A stretch of DNA of 64,000 nucleotides, from assembly GCA_951406725.2 (NCBI GenBank), contig OX597817.1, forward strand, positions 82,522,001 to 82,586,000, in the 5' to 3' direction. Of the stretch, positions 1 to 10,489 are shown piece after piece (the stretch's first letter is position 1; every line of letters starts with the position of its first letter). Under the pieces are notes generated by a model. That model searched no databases and was not told where the DNA came from. It saw only the letters and a list, made by a program, of their open reading frames with translations. The position numbers and the translations under genes were made by a program. This DNA comes from Octopus vulgaris (taxonomy: Eukaryota).

Positions 1-62
1 CTCGGACCGACCAAAACCTTGTGAGTGGATTTGGTAGATGGAAATGGATAGAAGTCTGTCGT
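1..62 (+). mobile_element. Internal fragment of tRNA-derived SINE family A
   Basis: ccaaaaccttgtgagtggatttggtagatggaaa matches the full copies at 28925-29320 and 55761-56163. Confidence 0.8.
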
Positions 63-235
63 ATGTATATATGTGTGTGTGTGTATGTGTGTGGTTGTGT
101 GTATGTATGTATGTATGTTGTATGTATGTATATTTACAACGATACATGCACCATGTACTTATGTAATATATATATTACTTTCTTGTCTAAGTGTGTGTGT
201 GTTGTGTGTGTGTGTGTGTGTTGTGTGTGTGTAGA
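61..235. repeat. (TG)n/(TATG)n compound microsatellite
   Basis: Directly visible. Confidence 0.9.
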
Positions 236-257
236 CAGACAGTATTTATGTTTGTGT

Positions 258-790
258 ATCACTGGTATCTTCCAGTCAATACTGACAGAATGATCCAGGC
301 TAATCGACCAGACATAATTATGAAAGACAAGGAAGAAAATACTTGTAGATTAACAGATGAAAGTGTTCCCACTGATAAAAATATAAAAATATATCTGTAA
401 AGGAATTTGAGAAATTAAATAAATATAAGGACCTGAAAAGTGAAATACAAAAAAATGTGGCATCTTAAAGCAAGAACTGTTCTTGTTATTGTAGATGCGC
501 TAGATGTGTTAAAAAAGGGATGTCGGAAACATCTAGATAGCATCCCAGGAGAACCATGCCTCAGAGAAATCCAAAAGATTGTACTGACAAATACTACCCG
601 CATCCTTAGAAATAGCCTACCAATTTATATGTTTCTATTGTATTACATGAAAATAGTTCGCTACTACCCCTGCCGCTTCCTCTCCGCAAGTTTTCTGTGA
701 TACTGTAATATTTCTTATCCTTTACTCGTCCTAGGACGCTGGGTGTATCCCGGCAAGTGATTGTAACAAACATGCAGATTAAAAGTAAAT
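258..790 (+). mobile_element. 5'-truncated R4/Dong-clade non-LTR retrotransposon (RLE domain + 3' UTR)
   Basis: Frameshifted translation W..TDRMIQANRPDIIMKDKEENTCRLTDESVP..KEFEKLNKYKDLKSEIQKMWHL..VIVDALD is a PD-(D/E)xK restriction-like endonuclease; the 3' UTR runs into (CAA)n(TAA)n at 791-833. Confidence 0.85.
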
Positions 791-835
791 AACAGCAACA
801 ACAACAACAACAATAATAATAATAATAATAACAAT

Positions 836-1025
836 GAGAGGGAGAAGAAAAGGAGAAGGGGATAAGGAGGAGGGGGAGGATAAGAAGGAGGAGAAGAAGA
901 AGTAGAAGGAGGAGGAGGAGGAGAAAAAGAAGAAGAAGAAGAAGAAGAAGAAGAAGAAGAAGAAGAAGAAAGAAGAAGAAGAAGAAAAAGAAGAAGAAAA
1001 AGAAGATGAAGAAGAAAAAGAAGAT

Positions 1026-1057
<32 letters not shown>

Positions 1058-1272
1058 AGGAGAAAAAGAAGGAAAAGAAGAAGAAGAAGAAGAAGAAGAA
1101 GAAGAAGAAGAAGGAAGAAAGAAGAAGAAGAAAAAGAAAAAGAAGAAGAAGAAGAAGAAGAAGAAGAAGAAGAAGAAAAGAAAAGAAGAAGAAGAAGAAG
1201 AAGAAGAAGAAGAAGAAGAAGAAGAAGAAGAAGAAGAAGAAGAAGAAGAAGAAGAAGAAGAAGAAGAAAGAA
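836..1272. repeat. ~435-nt polypurine (GAA)n/(GGA)n tract
   Basis: Almost only A/G on + strand; explains the poly-K/R ORF 1006-1287. Confidence 0.95.
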
Positions 1273-2174
1273 GCTAATAGCTACTAGTTTAGGGTAAACG
1301 ATGAGAATGAGTCAGAAAGATAAAGAAAATATATTTAAAACCATAAGATTGTGATTAATGCTATATTTCAGAAAGTGAGCTAAACGAAACTGAAAAGGAA
1401 GGGTTAAAAAAAATGTCTGAAAGTAAGTCAAAAGGTGAAATAAAGTTAAATAAATAGATAGAGAGAAACACCTTGTGAATTATCGAGTTCAGGAAGAGAA
1501 TACATGAATAAATAAAAGAATAAATGAAAGGATCGAAAGGTTAAGATAAGGTTTGGGATAAATGAAATGTTTTAAAACATAGCCGAGTGTAGTGATGGAG
1601 AGGCTTGTGAGAATATATTGATAGTGAAGAGGCAAAAAAAAAAAAATAAGTGGAAGGAATAGTTGAGATAAGGGGGTTGAATGGGTGAAAATGGAAAAGA
1701 TGAGATAGGATATTACCAAAGAGTCGAAGAGGTAAAATCGAAATAAAACATAAGAGATAGCCAGATCTGGAGAGATTAAGAGACAACTACAGAGAACATT
1801 AATACCAAAGAGTAAGCGATAAGAGTAATAGTAATGTAAATAAAATAGTAATACAACGGTTAAAAAAATATCAGGAAGGCCATTCTCTTTGCTAAGGGTA
1901 ATATACGAAATAAACATAATAAAAGGATTTCTTTATGTAAAAGACAAAAATAAGGTAAAAACGGAACCATAAAATCTTTCCATTACTAGAAATCCAGAGT
2001 TTGCACTGTAGATAATTGGAAACATGCCTTTACTTAGAACTTTCAAACCACTTTACAAAACAGTGTCTACTCAAAACTTTTACACAATACCCATGCTATA
2101 CAACTTAGAGGATGTTCTGGTATGTGTAAGTTTATCCTTCACATCTCTTTCTGATAATAGCCGATATAAATATT

Positions 2175-2397
2175 TATTTCTTTATTGCCCGCAAGGGGCT
2201 AAACATAGGGGGGACAAACAAGGGGATTAAGTCGATTACATCGACCCCAGTGATTAACTGGTACTTATTTAATCGACCCCGAAGGGATGAAAGGCAAAGT
2301 CGACCTCGGCGGAATTTTAACTCAGAACGTGCCGGCAGACGAAATACCGCTAAGCATTTCGCCCGGCGTGCTAACGTTTCTACCAGCTCGTCGCCTA
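2175..2397 (-). mobile_element. SINE family B (5' GGCGRCGAGCTGG; central TTTCATCCYTTCGGGGTCGAT..AAGTACCAG, Meta-domain-like), young copy
   Basis: Perfect 19-bp TSD AATAGCCGATATAAATATT at 2156-2174 and 2398-2416; many homologous copies in window. Confidence 0.9.
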
Positions 2398-2820
2398 AAT
2401 AGCCGATATAAATATTGGTTGGTTGATGTCTCCGGTCAAGCTTTACATCGTATAAAGAAAGTGGGAGAGAACGAAAGAGAGAAAAAGAGAAATAGAATGA
2501 GTAAACATAAAGGTGCATGATGAGTTCACATAATAGGCTTCTTGGCAAACCATGGGTAAATCAACGCTACACACATCATAAACAGCAAGAGAGAATGAAT
2601 TGAGAATGAATTAGAAAGATAGGGGAAGAGAAGAAGCAAGAGTAAATGACAAATTAACTATGGGAGAAGTTATGCAAATTGAAAATATTTGTTTTGTCTT
2701 TTAATTGTATTTTAATAGATATTTTTTCTTTTAATAATTAGTTTTCATTTCATCATTTTGTATAAGCATAAAGAAATTTGCTAAAAGTTAAATCATAATT
2801 ATTGTACGTATGCCATATTT

Positions 2821-3082
2821 GGTGGAGGCGCGTTGCTTAGTGGTTAGGGTACCAGCATCATGATCGTAAGGTTGTGGTTTCGATTCCTGGACCGGGCGAC
2901 GCGTTGTGTTCTTGAGCAAAACACTTCATTTCACGTTGCTACAGTCCACTCAGCTGGCAAAAATGAGTAACGCTGCGATGGACTGGCGTCCTGTCCAGCT
3001 GGGGAACACCCACGCCATGGAAATCGGGAAACCGGGCCCATGATCCTGGCTAGGCTTTACAAGGGCGCATTTATTTTATTTA
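2821..3082 (+). mobile_element. tRNA-headed SINE family C (CORE-like centre, V-domain-like segment)
   Basis: A box ttgcttagtgg, B box gtttcgattcc, ttgtgttcttgagcaaaacact, gcgatggactggcgtcctgtccag; 12-bp TSD TATGCCATATTT at 2809-2820 and 3083-3094. Confidence 0.85.
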
Positions 3083-3435
3083 TATGCCATATTTATTTAT
3101 ATTACCCATAGTGGCACAAATATACTTCCAGAGTTACCCGCTATATGACGAATAACATTCAAAGTTTATAATTTTCTTACATTTTCAATTTGTCTCAGCT
3201 CTTCTGTACATTATATTCGTATTGTTTCCTTTGCTAAAGCAATACCAAATAGCATACCACTTCTATACCTTCAGCTTCTGATTATCAATTATGTCTAACC
3301 AGTCAATCAAAACGTTGACTGGTAATACTCACCTGTATGAGCTAAGCTCACCTGTATTATTTTTCATCCACCTTTCTTTCCTTTAACATTCCATTATAAT
3401 CGTTATATTTTATTTATATCATTATATCACATTTA

Positions 3436-3478
3436 TTCTATCTATCTATCTGTCAGCCTGCCTGCCTGCCTGCCTGCC

Positions 3479-3529
<51 letters not shown>

Positions 3530-3530
3530 G
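3436..3530. repeat. (CTAT)(CTGC)n(CTGT)n microsatellite
   Basis: Directly visible. Confidence 0.9.
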
Positions 3531-3629
3531 TCTTTATACGTTTGCATTATCTATCTCAACGTTTTGGTTCCTTTCGTTTATTCTTTATTTACTTATATAC
3601 TGCCTTACTTATCTCAGCATGTCATATAT

Positions 3630-3782
3630 ACTCTTTTTAATCTTTACTGTTTTACTTGTTTCAGTCATTTGACTGTGGCCATGCTGGAGCACCGCCTTTA
3701 GTCGAGCACATCGACCCCAGGACTTATTCTATCGCTCTATTTTGCCGAACCGCTAAGTTACGGGGACGTAAACACACCAGCA

Positions 3783-3822
<40 letters not shown>

Positions 3823-3877
3823 GCATACATACATACATACATACATACATACATACATACATACATACATACATACA

Positions 3878-3911
<34 letters not shown>

Positions 3912-3978
3912 CGACGTGCTTCTTTCAGTTTCTATCTACCAAATCCACTCACAAGGCTTTGGTTGGCCCGGAGGCTAT
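3630..3978 (-). mobile_element. SINE family A with expanded internal (CA)n(CATA)n
   Basis: Reverse complement of family A body and tail (cttgtttcagtcatttgactgtggccatgctggagcacc). Confidence 0.8.
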
Positions 3979-4039
3979 ATGCACCGGAGGCATATCATAT
4001 ATATTGCAATATATTATATTTATAAATGTGTATGCGTGT

Positions 4040-4250
4040 GATTTGTGTGTGTGTTTGTCCTCATCATCGCTTACAACCGGTTTTGGAGTGTTTACGTCTC
4101 CGTAACTTAGCTGTTCAGTGAAAGACTCCGATACAATAAGTACCAGGCTTTAAAAAATAAGTGCTGAGGACGATTCGTTCGACTAAAATCCTTCAAGGCC
4201 GTGCCCCGGCATGGGCGCAGTTTAATGAGCTGTACAAGCAAAAGACAAAT
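4040..4250 (+). mobile_element. SINE family A 3' half
   Basis: gtgtttacgtctccgtaacttag..aataagtaccaggctt..gccccggcatgg. Confidence 0.7.
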
Positions 4251-4280
4251 ATGTCGTCTCTGCCTGTTGTTTTGTCCTAA

Positions 4281-4316
<36 letters not shown>

Positions 4317-4639
4317 CATTATTATTATTGTTGTTGTTGTTGTTGTTGTTGTTGTTTTTAGTATTTATATTCGTATTATTTTTTGTTTTTTGTATTTATA
4401 TTCGTGTAACATCGTCCGTTTTTCTGTCCTTGTTTCGTATACATTCGATCCTTTTTCCAAGAAATCTAATGCTCGTAGCTTAGTTTTTCCTTGGGGCTGG
4501 CCAGATCGGAGCAATCTCAAGATTAATCAGCCGAAATTGCGAGGATTATCCGGTTCTTGACTGAAGATTAAAGGCTTCGAATGACCCGTCCGTTTTTTGC
4601 ATCGTCTATTTGAATGTTTTGTGTTCTCCTCCCATTTTG

Positions 4640-4688
<49 letters not shown>
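4281..4688. repeat. (ATT)n(GTT)n, ~290-bp unclassified insert, then (TA)n
   Basis: Microsatellites visible; insert 4356-4642 has no ORF and no clear family match. Confidence 0.5.
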
Positions 4689-4689
<1 letters not shown>

Positions 4690-4690
<1 letters not shown>

Positions 4691-4845
4691 CAAGCTTCTT
4701 TTAGTTTCTGTTTACCAAATCTACTAATGTGTCTTCTGACCGATACAGGTAGAAGACAGCTGCCTAAGGTGCCGTGAAGTGGGGCTGAGCCCAACACTAT
4801 GTGGTTTGAGAACGAACTTCTTAATCATTCAGTCATAGCTGCACC
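4690..4845 (-). mobile_element. Degenerate SINE family A 5' part
   Basis: cttcttttagtttctgtttaccaaatc..gcctaaggtgccg. Confidence 0.6.
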
Positions 4846-5218
4846 TTTTTCCATTCTTGTCCTACATCTATCTATATTTAAAGAGACCTACAACAGTTTA
4901 TTCCTCAGTTACATTTTACTACGTGGATATTTTTCAGCAAGCACCGTTCATAATTTTCATTCTATCCAAGCCTGAGGCATAAATAAATGATATTTTACTC
5001 CTAAGTTTCGCTTTTATTTATTCATCGTGTGTATTTTTCTTTGGGGTATTTCTTTCATTATATTTGCTGACCTCTATCATCTAATGTTTTTTTGTTTTTA
5101 ATCGTCACCATATATCTTTTATCAAAATAATATGTACTTTAAATTGTTTATGTGTATGCATGTGTGGTTTTATATGTGCGTCTATCTATTTGCATTGGTA
5201 TATCCGTTCAATTTTTGC

Positions 5219-5219
<1 letters not shown>

Positions 5220-5259
<40 letters not shown>

Positions 5260-5593
5260 CATACATAAATACATACATACATACATATATACATACATAC
5301 ATGTATACATACACCCTCATGTATGTGTGTGTATTCATATAAATATGTGTTATGTATAAAGACACACGTACACACGCATACACATTTCTTATGTTATTTC
5401 TTTTCTGCTTGTAAATCCGAACAGGTGTGTATCTGGGAATATATATATAGAGAGAGATGTGTATATGTATGCATCTACATATGTATATATGTGTGTGTGT
5501 ATATACACATATGTATATATGTATATGAGTATATGTACACATACTATATATATGTGTATACACATTCAAATATACGTACATACACAACATCTC

Positions 5594-5650
<57 letters not shown>

Positions 5651-5662
5651 AACACACACACT
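5220..5662. repeat. Compound (TA)n/(CATA)n/(CA)n microsatellite block
   Basis: Directly visible. Confidence 0.9.
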
Positions 5663-5739
5663 AAACCGAGTTTTGTGAATATACTTTTAGCAGGCCATAG
5701 ATGAAAGATGGTCAAACATATTGTGACGTGACATACTGG

Positions 5740-6268
5740 AAATTTTAACGTTCTCACTTCTGTTTCAGAAAAATAAGCAGAATCAATATGATGGGATTTC
5801 ATATTAATTGCAGTTGTGGCGGTCAACCTCTTAAACTTCAAAAGGCCCTTTGTGTTCAAGAACAAAACTGGAGACTTTTGGAAGGGGACATATCATCAGG
5901 GATCAAAAGAAAGACGCATTCTTGACAGTCAGGTGCTGTTATGACAGCCAGGGTTCATCCATCATATCCACCAAGTCCGGCATGTCGAGGATAACGATAA
6001 TGGCATCTTCAAAGAGTAATGAAGGCCACCGTCGAGCAACGGAAAGCGGTGGAGTCCACTATCAAAAGCTGGGGTACAAGGCCATCAGATACAAATTTTG
6101 CGTGAGATAAGGAAAGTGTAGCTCATGTCCGACAAGACTCGGAAGAATCGTATAATCACGAGACACTTAGTATCACGATCTTCTAGGTTTTCTAATTTGA
6201 AGCCCCTGGACTGCTACGTCTGTTATGATATCGAGAGAATGATTAATTGTCACTTCTACGATCCACCA
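5740..6268 (+). mobile_element. Internally deleted, decayed Tc1/mariner DD37D (maT-type) transposon
   Basis: IRYKFCVR..MSDKTRKNR and SSRFSNLKPLDCYVCYDIER resemble the WPPxSPDxNPLDYYVWG motif of the 47.9-49.0 kb copy. Confidence 0.55.
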
Positions 6269-6269
6269 C

Positions 6270-6690
6270 AACGTCCTGTCCTTGTTGTGGTCTGGTGGCT
6301 TGTGAGCCTCAATGAGATCCTAAGAATTATTTCAGCGCGCTTCCTATGCTAGACAGGATAAAGGATAGAAGCCCAACTAAAAAGGACCACCTCTCGCCAG
6401 AGGCAAAAATAGGCTTGCGTAGGGAAAACACCCCAACCTAGAAATAAAAGCAAAATTAAAGAAACATCGATGTCAATTCAAAGCCAGTAAGACTTAGAAG
6501 AGGAAGATCTTCTCTCAGGGTAAGTTATGAATCCGCAGGGGAGGCTTATGATAAGATGCCCAACAAGTACTGGGGCGGGGCTGATAAAGCAGGGATAAAA
6601 CTGGAAAGGAGCAGAGAAGACAATCCAGAGTCGAAAACAGTGGAGAAAAGTCACCGATGGCCTATGTTCCATAGGAAGCAAAGTATTCAT
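6270..6690 (+). mobile_element. Non-autonomous RTE-LINE derivative (5' UTR joined to ORF 3' end)
   Basis: cctgtccttgttgtggtctggtggcttgtgagcctcaatgag..gacagg..gcccaactaa resembles RTE 5' UTRs as recalled; the 3' part encodes NPQG..AEKTIQSRKQWRKVTDGLCSIGS, an RTE-type C-terminus. Confidence 0.6.
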
Positions 6691-6839
6691 CTAGAGCTGC
6701 TCTCATGAATATTATGTGTGATATGGCTTTGCTCTACAGGATCTTATGTAATCACCTCACAAGATATATCAGAGTTACCAGTGGGATTGAGTGTGGTTTT
6801 ATTGAATGGTTTGTTTCTCTGATATATCTAATTGAGTTA

Positions 6840-7138
6840 AAGCGCGTGGTTTAGTGGTTTGGGCATTCGGCTCATGATCGCAAGGTTGTGAGTTCAATTC
6901 CCGGCAACGCGTTGTGTCCTTTATTTCACGTTGTTCCAGTCCACTCAGCTGGCAAAAATGAGTGTAATTCAAAGAGCCAGCTTTGTCGCATTCTGTGTCA
7001 CGCTGAATATCTTTGAGAACTATGTTATGGGTACGTGTGTCCATGGAGTGCTCAGCCACTTGCTCGTTAATTTCACGAGCAGGCTATTGCGTTGATCGGA
7101 TCAACTGGAACCCTCGTCGTCGTAACCGACGGAGTGTG
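6840..7138 (+). mobile_element. SINE family C with a second type of 3' tail
   Basis: tRNA head, CORE-like cagtccactcagctggcaaaaatgagt, tail gtcgtaaccgacggagtg; inverted copy at 20818-21140. Confidence 0.8.
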
Positions 7139-7525
7139 TCATTCCCTTTTTTCTGAGAGTATAGGTTTTTGCTTGTTTAATGTTTTATTCTTGGTCTTGT
7201 GTTTTGCTTTGTTCCTAAATATCCGGTGTACTCTGCGTGTATATGTGTACGTATATAAGTGCGTGCGTGTGTGTGCGTACGTGTGCCTGTGCGTGTGTGT
7301 GTGTGCGTGTGTGTGCGTGTGTGTGTGTGTGTGTGTGCTCGCTCGCGTGTGTGTCTGCGTGTGACTTTGAAGTCATAGTCAAACTTTACCTTGAAAAATG
7401 TAATTAACATGTCCCCTGCGAAAAAAGTCACGAGTAATCCTTCAGTTTAATGCTAAATTGCATCATCAAGGTAGCGTCGGAGATAGCGCACCTATGCACT
7501 AACAGTGTGTACGAACACTGGCGTA

Positions 7526-8039
7526 CCGTAAATCCTCGATTATAATGCACATTTTTTCCTAAAATTTAAAGGTCAAAATTCCTAGTATATACGAGGTTAA
7601 AAATGAAAAATATTTTCTAAGCAATGTCCGAGTGTCTATTTGCTGTCTGGCAATGTTTATTCAGACGCATTTTGTGATGTCGGGCGCGAAAATACCTTAA
7701 GCTAAGCCAGAAAGCAATGAAGTCATAAAAGAATCATCCATAACTTGCAGTAAGTAAGATTTATTAAAATAAAAGTATTCAGAACACAGAATAATATGTA
7801 ACAAAAACAATTTGCAAACATATTTACATTCCCATATAAAAGTTAAGAACATCACCATTATTGTATTACGCATGCGTGGAAGTGTTTTTTCGACTAGGTG
7901 ATGCTGGCTTAATTACGCACGACTCAAGTTAGAGAAGTGGTACGTATTATACACAAGGTTTAGGTTTTTCAGAGGTATACCCCCCTAAAAATCCCTTGCG
8001 TATTATACTCAAGGGCGGACTATACTCGGGGATTTACAG
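7526..8039. mobile_element. Tc1/mariner-superfamily (pogo/Tc2-like) MITE, ~515 bp
   Basis: TIRs CCGTAAATCCTCGAtTATA / TATACTCGGGGATTTACAG; TA TSD at 7524-7525 and 8040-8041; second copy 32955-33474. Confidence 0.9.
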
Positions 8040-8217
8040 TACTTACTAAAGTAAATACAGATTTTTCCCTTCCAGCTACGCATACATTCACAAGTATTGA
8101 CGAAATATACAACATATACGTAAAGTCACACAAGAGGACATTCAGACACGTATTTCCACGGTCCACTGTAGGCTCAAGATCCAACGCAGGGAAGGTTCCG
8201 AGTATGGTGAAGTATAG

Positions 8218-8278
8218 ATAATAACACAGATGGGCTGAGGTTCACTATAGTTGAACCTCAGCCCATCTCTGTTATTAT
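8218..8278. repeat. 61-nt near-perfect hairpin (27-bp arms, 1 mismatch, 7-nt loop)
   Basis: ataataacacagatgggctgaggttca-ctatagt-tgaacctcagcccatctctgttattat. Confidence 0.9.
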
Positions 8279-8295
8279 GTGTGTGTGTGTGTGTT

Positions 8296-8605
8296 TGTGG
8301 AGGCGCAATGGTCCAGTGGTTAGGGCAGCGGACTTGCGGTTGTAGGATCGCAGTTTCGATTCCCAAACCGGGCGTTGTGAGTGTTTATTGAGCGAAAACT
8401 CCTAAGAGCTCCACGAGGCTCCGGCAGGGGGTCGTGGCGATCCCTGCTGTACTCTTTCGCCACAGCTTTCTCTCACTGTTTCTTCTGTTCGCCTGCTCGC
8501 TTAGCCAGTGGGGTGGCGTCATTTGAAGGCTAAAACTATGCGAAGCGCATTGTGACCAGCGATGTGCAGCAACATCTGATAGCCCGATCGGTCACGGTGA
8601 TCACG

Positions 8606-8610
<5 letters not shown>
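8296..8610 (+). mobile_element. tRNA-derived SINE (distinct family) ending (CACGGTGAT)2 at (TA)n
   Basis: A box tggtccagtgg, B box gtttcgattcc; GC-rich body. Confidence 0.75.
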
Positions 8611-8662
<52 letters not shown>

Positions 8663-9077
8663 TTGAATACATGATGTATGTAAGTTCATGTGTATGTACG
8701 TGGCAAGCTTATGTACAGACGGATAAGTATTTACGTACTAGCGTATAACTCAAAACAATTTGTTTACTTTTCCCAGCCTTTAACATATAACTGTATTAAT
8801 ATAACGATTAATAAAATATATTATCTATTTATCTATTAATTCACTCACATGTTTATACACCCCCTTTAAAGCTTTTAACTCTCTTCAATCGACCAGCATT
8901 TTTTTCTTTATTCTATGTTTGCCTACGATATCTATCCTTCCTGTTTATAATCATTATGTTCAAAACTAGTTGTTTACTAGTATTAAATTGAATTTATCCA
9001 ATTTAACTAATGTAATCTACTTAATGTCTATTTAATATTATTCAGTATTGCAATACATTTAATAAGTAGTATATTGC

Positions 9078-9495
9078 AAGGCGGCGTGCTGGCAGAAACG
9101 TTAGCATTCCGGGTGAAATGCTTAGCGATATTTCGTCTGCCACTACGTTCTGAGTTCAATTTCCGCCGAGGTCGACTTTGCCTTTCATCCTTTCGAGGTC
9201 AATTAAATAAGTACCAGTTATGGACTGGGGTCGATATAATCGATTTAATCCTTTTGTCTGTCCTTGTTTGTCCCCTCTGTGTGTAGCCCCTTGCGGGCAG
9301 TAAAGAAATAAGAAACGTTAGCATTCCGGGTGAAATTCTAAGCGATATCTCGTTTTTCTTTACGTTCTGAGTTTGACTTTTCCTTTAATTCTTTCGGGGT
9401 CGATAAATTAAGTACCAGTTGCGTACTGGGGGTAGATCTAAACGACTGTCCCCCTCCCCCAAAATTTTAGGCCTTGTGCCTAGAATAGAAAAGAA
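9078..9495 (+). mobile_element. SINE family B, tandem dimer
   Basis: Two consecutive gaaacgttagcattccgggtgaaat..aagtaccagtt units. Confidence 0.85.
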
Positions 9496-9690
9496 TATTT
9501 CGTGGTCTGCATAGGCTTCTGAGTACTGCACCATACACATAACTACGTCTCGACCCCACTCCCAACTGTGTACCTAGCTTTAACATGTTTTGTTTAATAC
9601 TTTACTATTACTTTACCTCTTCTGGCCCCCAATTTTGCACAAGCGCATCTTTTACATTGTTGGATAATTTTTTTTTTTATTTATAGGTAA

Positions 9691-9779
9691 TGGCTAACAT
9701 TAGTTTCATGTTATGGTGAGTCCCTTAAAAGGGAAAAATTGTCAAGGGACTCCCCTTGGCATGAAACCAATGGTAGCCT
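9691..9779. mobile_element. 89-bp MITE with TAA TSD (PIF/Harbinger-like)
   Basis: 19-bp TIRs ggctaacattagtttcatg / catgaaaccaatggtagcc; TAA at 9688-9690 and 9780-9782; inner stem gagtccctt/aagggactc. Confidence 0.6.
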
Positions 9780-10489
9780 TAACCTATGAATAAACTATAT
9801 AAACATATATGTATGTATTGTATGGTATTGTATTGTATATTTAAATGTGTGATTGTATGGAGTTCTACCAGACAGAGGTCGAAACTTATTATCTTGGAAA
9901 GTGTAGCATTTTTAATTAAATAAAGTACAAAATAAAATGCCAAATAAAAACTCGAGTCCAAAGAAACTAGAAGCAAGTGGTCATCTGCGTCGGTAATACA
10001 TCATTCAGGAACGTTCACGAACTGGTCTAAGTTCAGTTCCCGTGGGAAGACGCATCTCGTTGAGAAACAAATAGTTGCTTTCTATCCAACCGTGAAATTT
10101 AATACAATAGAACCATAGATACATCTTACGATGCAAAAAGTGTATAAAAGAAAATTGACCTGGTTAACGAACTTAACGTTCATTAATGATATCTAATGCT
10201 TTTCCTATATATAAACGTAAGATTTAATGATTGCCGCTGCTCTATGACTAACAATGTTAATAACAATAAATGATAATTATCAGGAATCTAGTTGAAGAAG
10301 AATGAAATAAACAAAAGATCAAAAGTATTGATGTAATCATGAATATAGAAATAATCTATCAACTTTCTGGTAAAATATCTAAATGTGTAGAACTAGAGCT
10401 ATATGCGATGTGTGTTCTCGAAGAAGAATGAAATAAACAAAAGATCAAAAGTATTGATGTAATCATGAAAATAGAAACAGTGTGATAAA

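Noticed and set aside
1006-1287. Poly-Lys/Arg ORF
   Set aside because: Translation of the (GAA)n tract; no splice or codon evidence
1290-2150. Purine-skewed segment with hydrophobic minus-strand ORF 1489-1917
   Set aside because: Compositional artefact; no recognisable domain
2821-2895. tRNA-like heads here and at 6840, 8296, 28930 and 55765 as tRNA genes
   Set aside because: Cloverleafs incomplete and continuous with SINE bodies
4480-4592. GGCTG..CAGCC-GAAA stem and nearby CTGAAGA as a hammerhead
   Set aside because: Core before the stem is only TTGG, and the CTGAAGA has no stem II or GAAA partner
5130-5704. MYVC/HTYI-type ORFs here and at 13.0-13.6, 34-36, 42.8-43.2 and 47.0 kb
   Set aside because: Microsatellite translations
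10294-10478. ~58-bp direct repeat (10294 and 10420) as LTR or CRISPR-like
   Set aside because: Only two units at a LINE 5' junction; a local duplication. No CRISPR array is present
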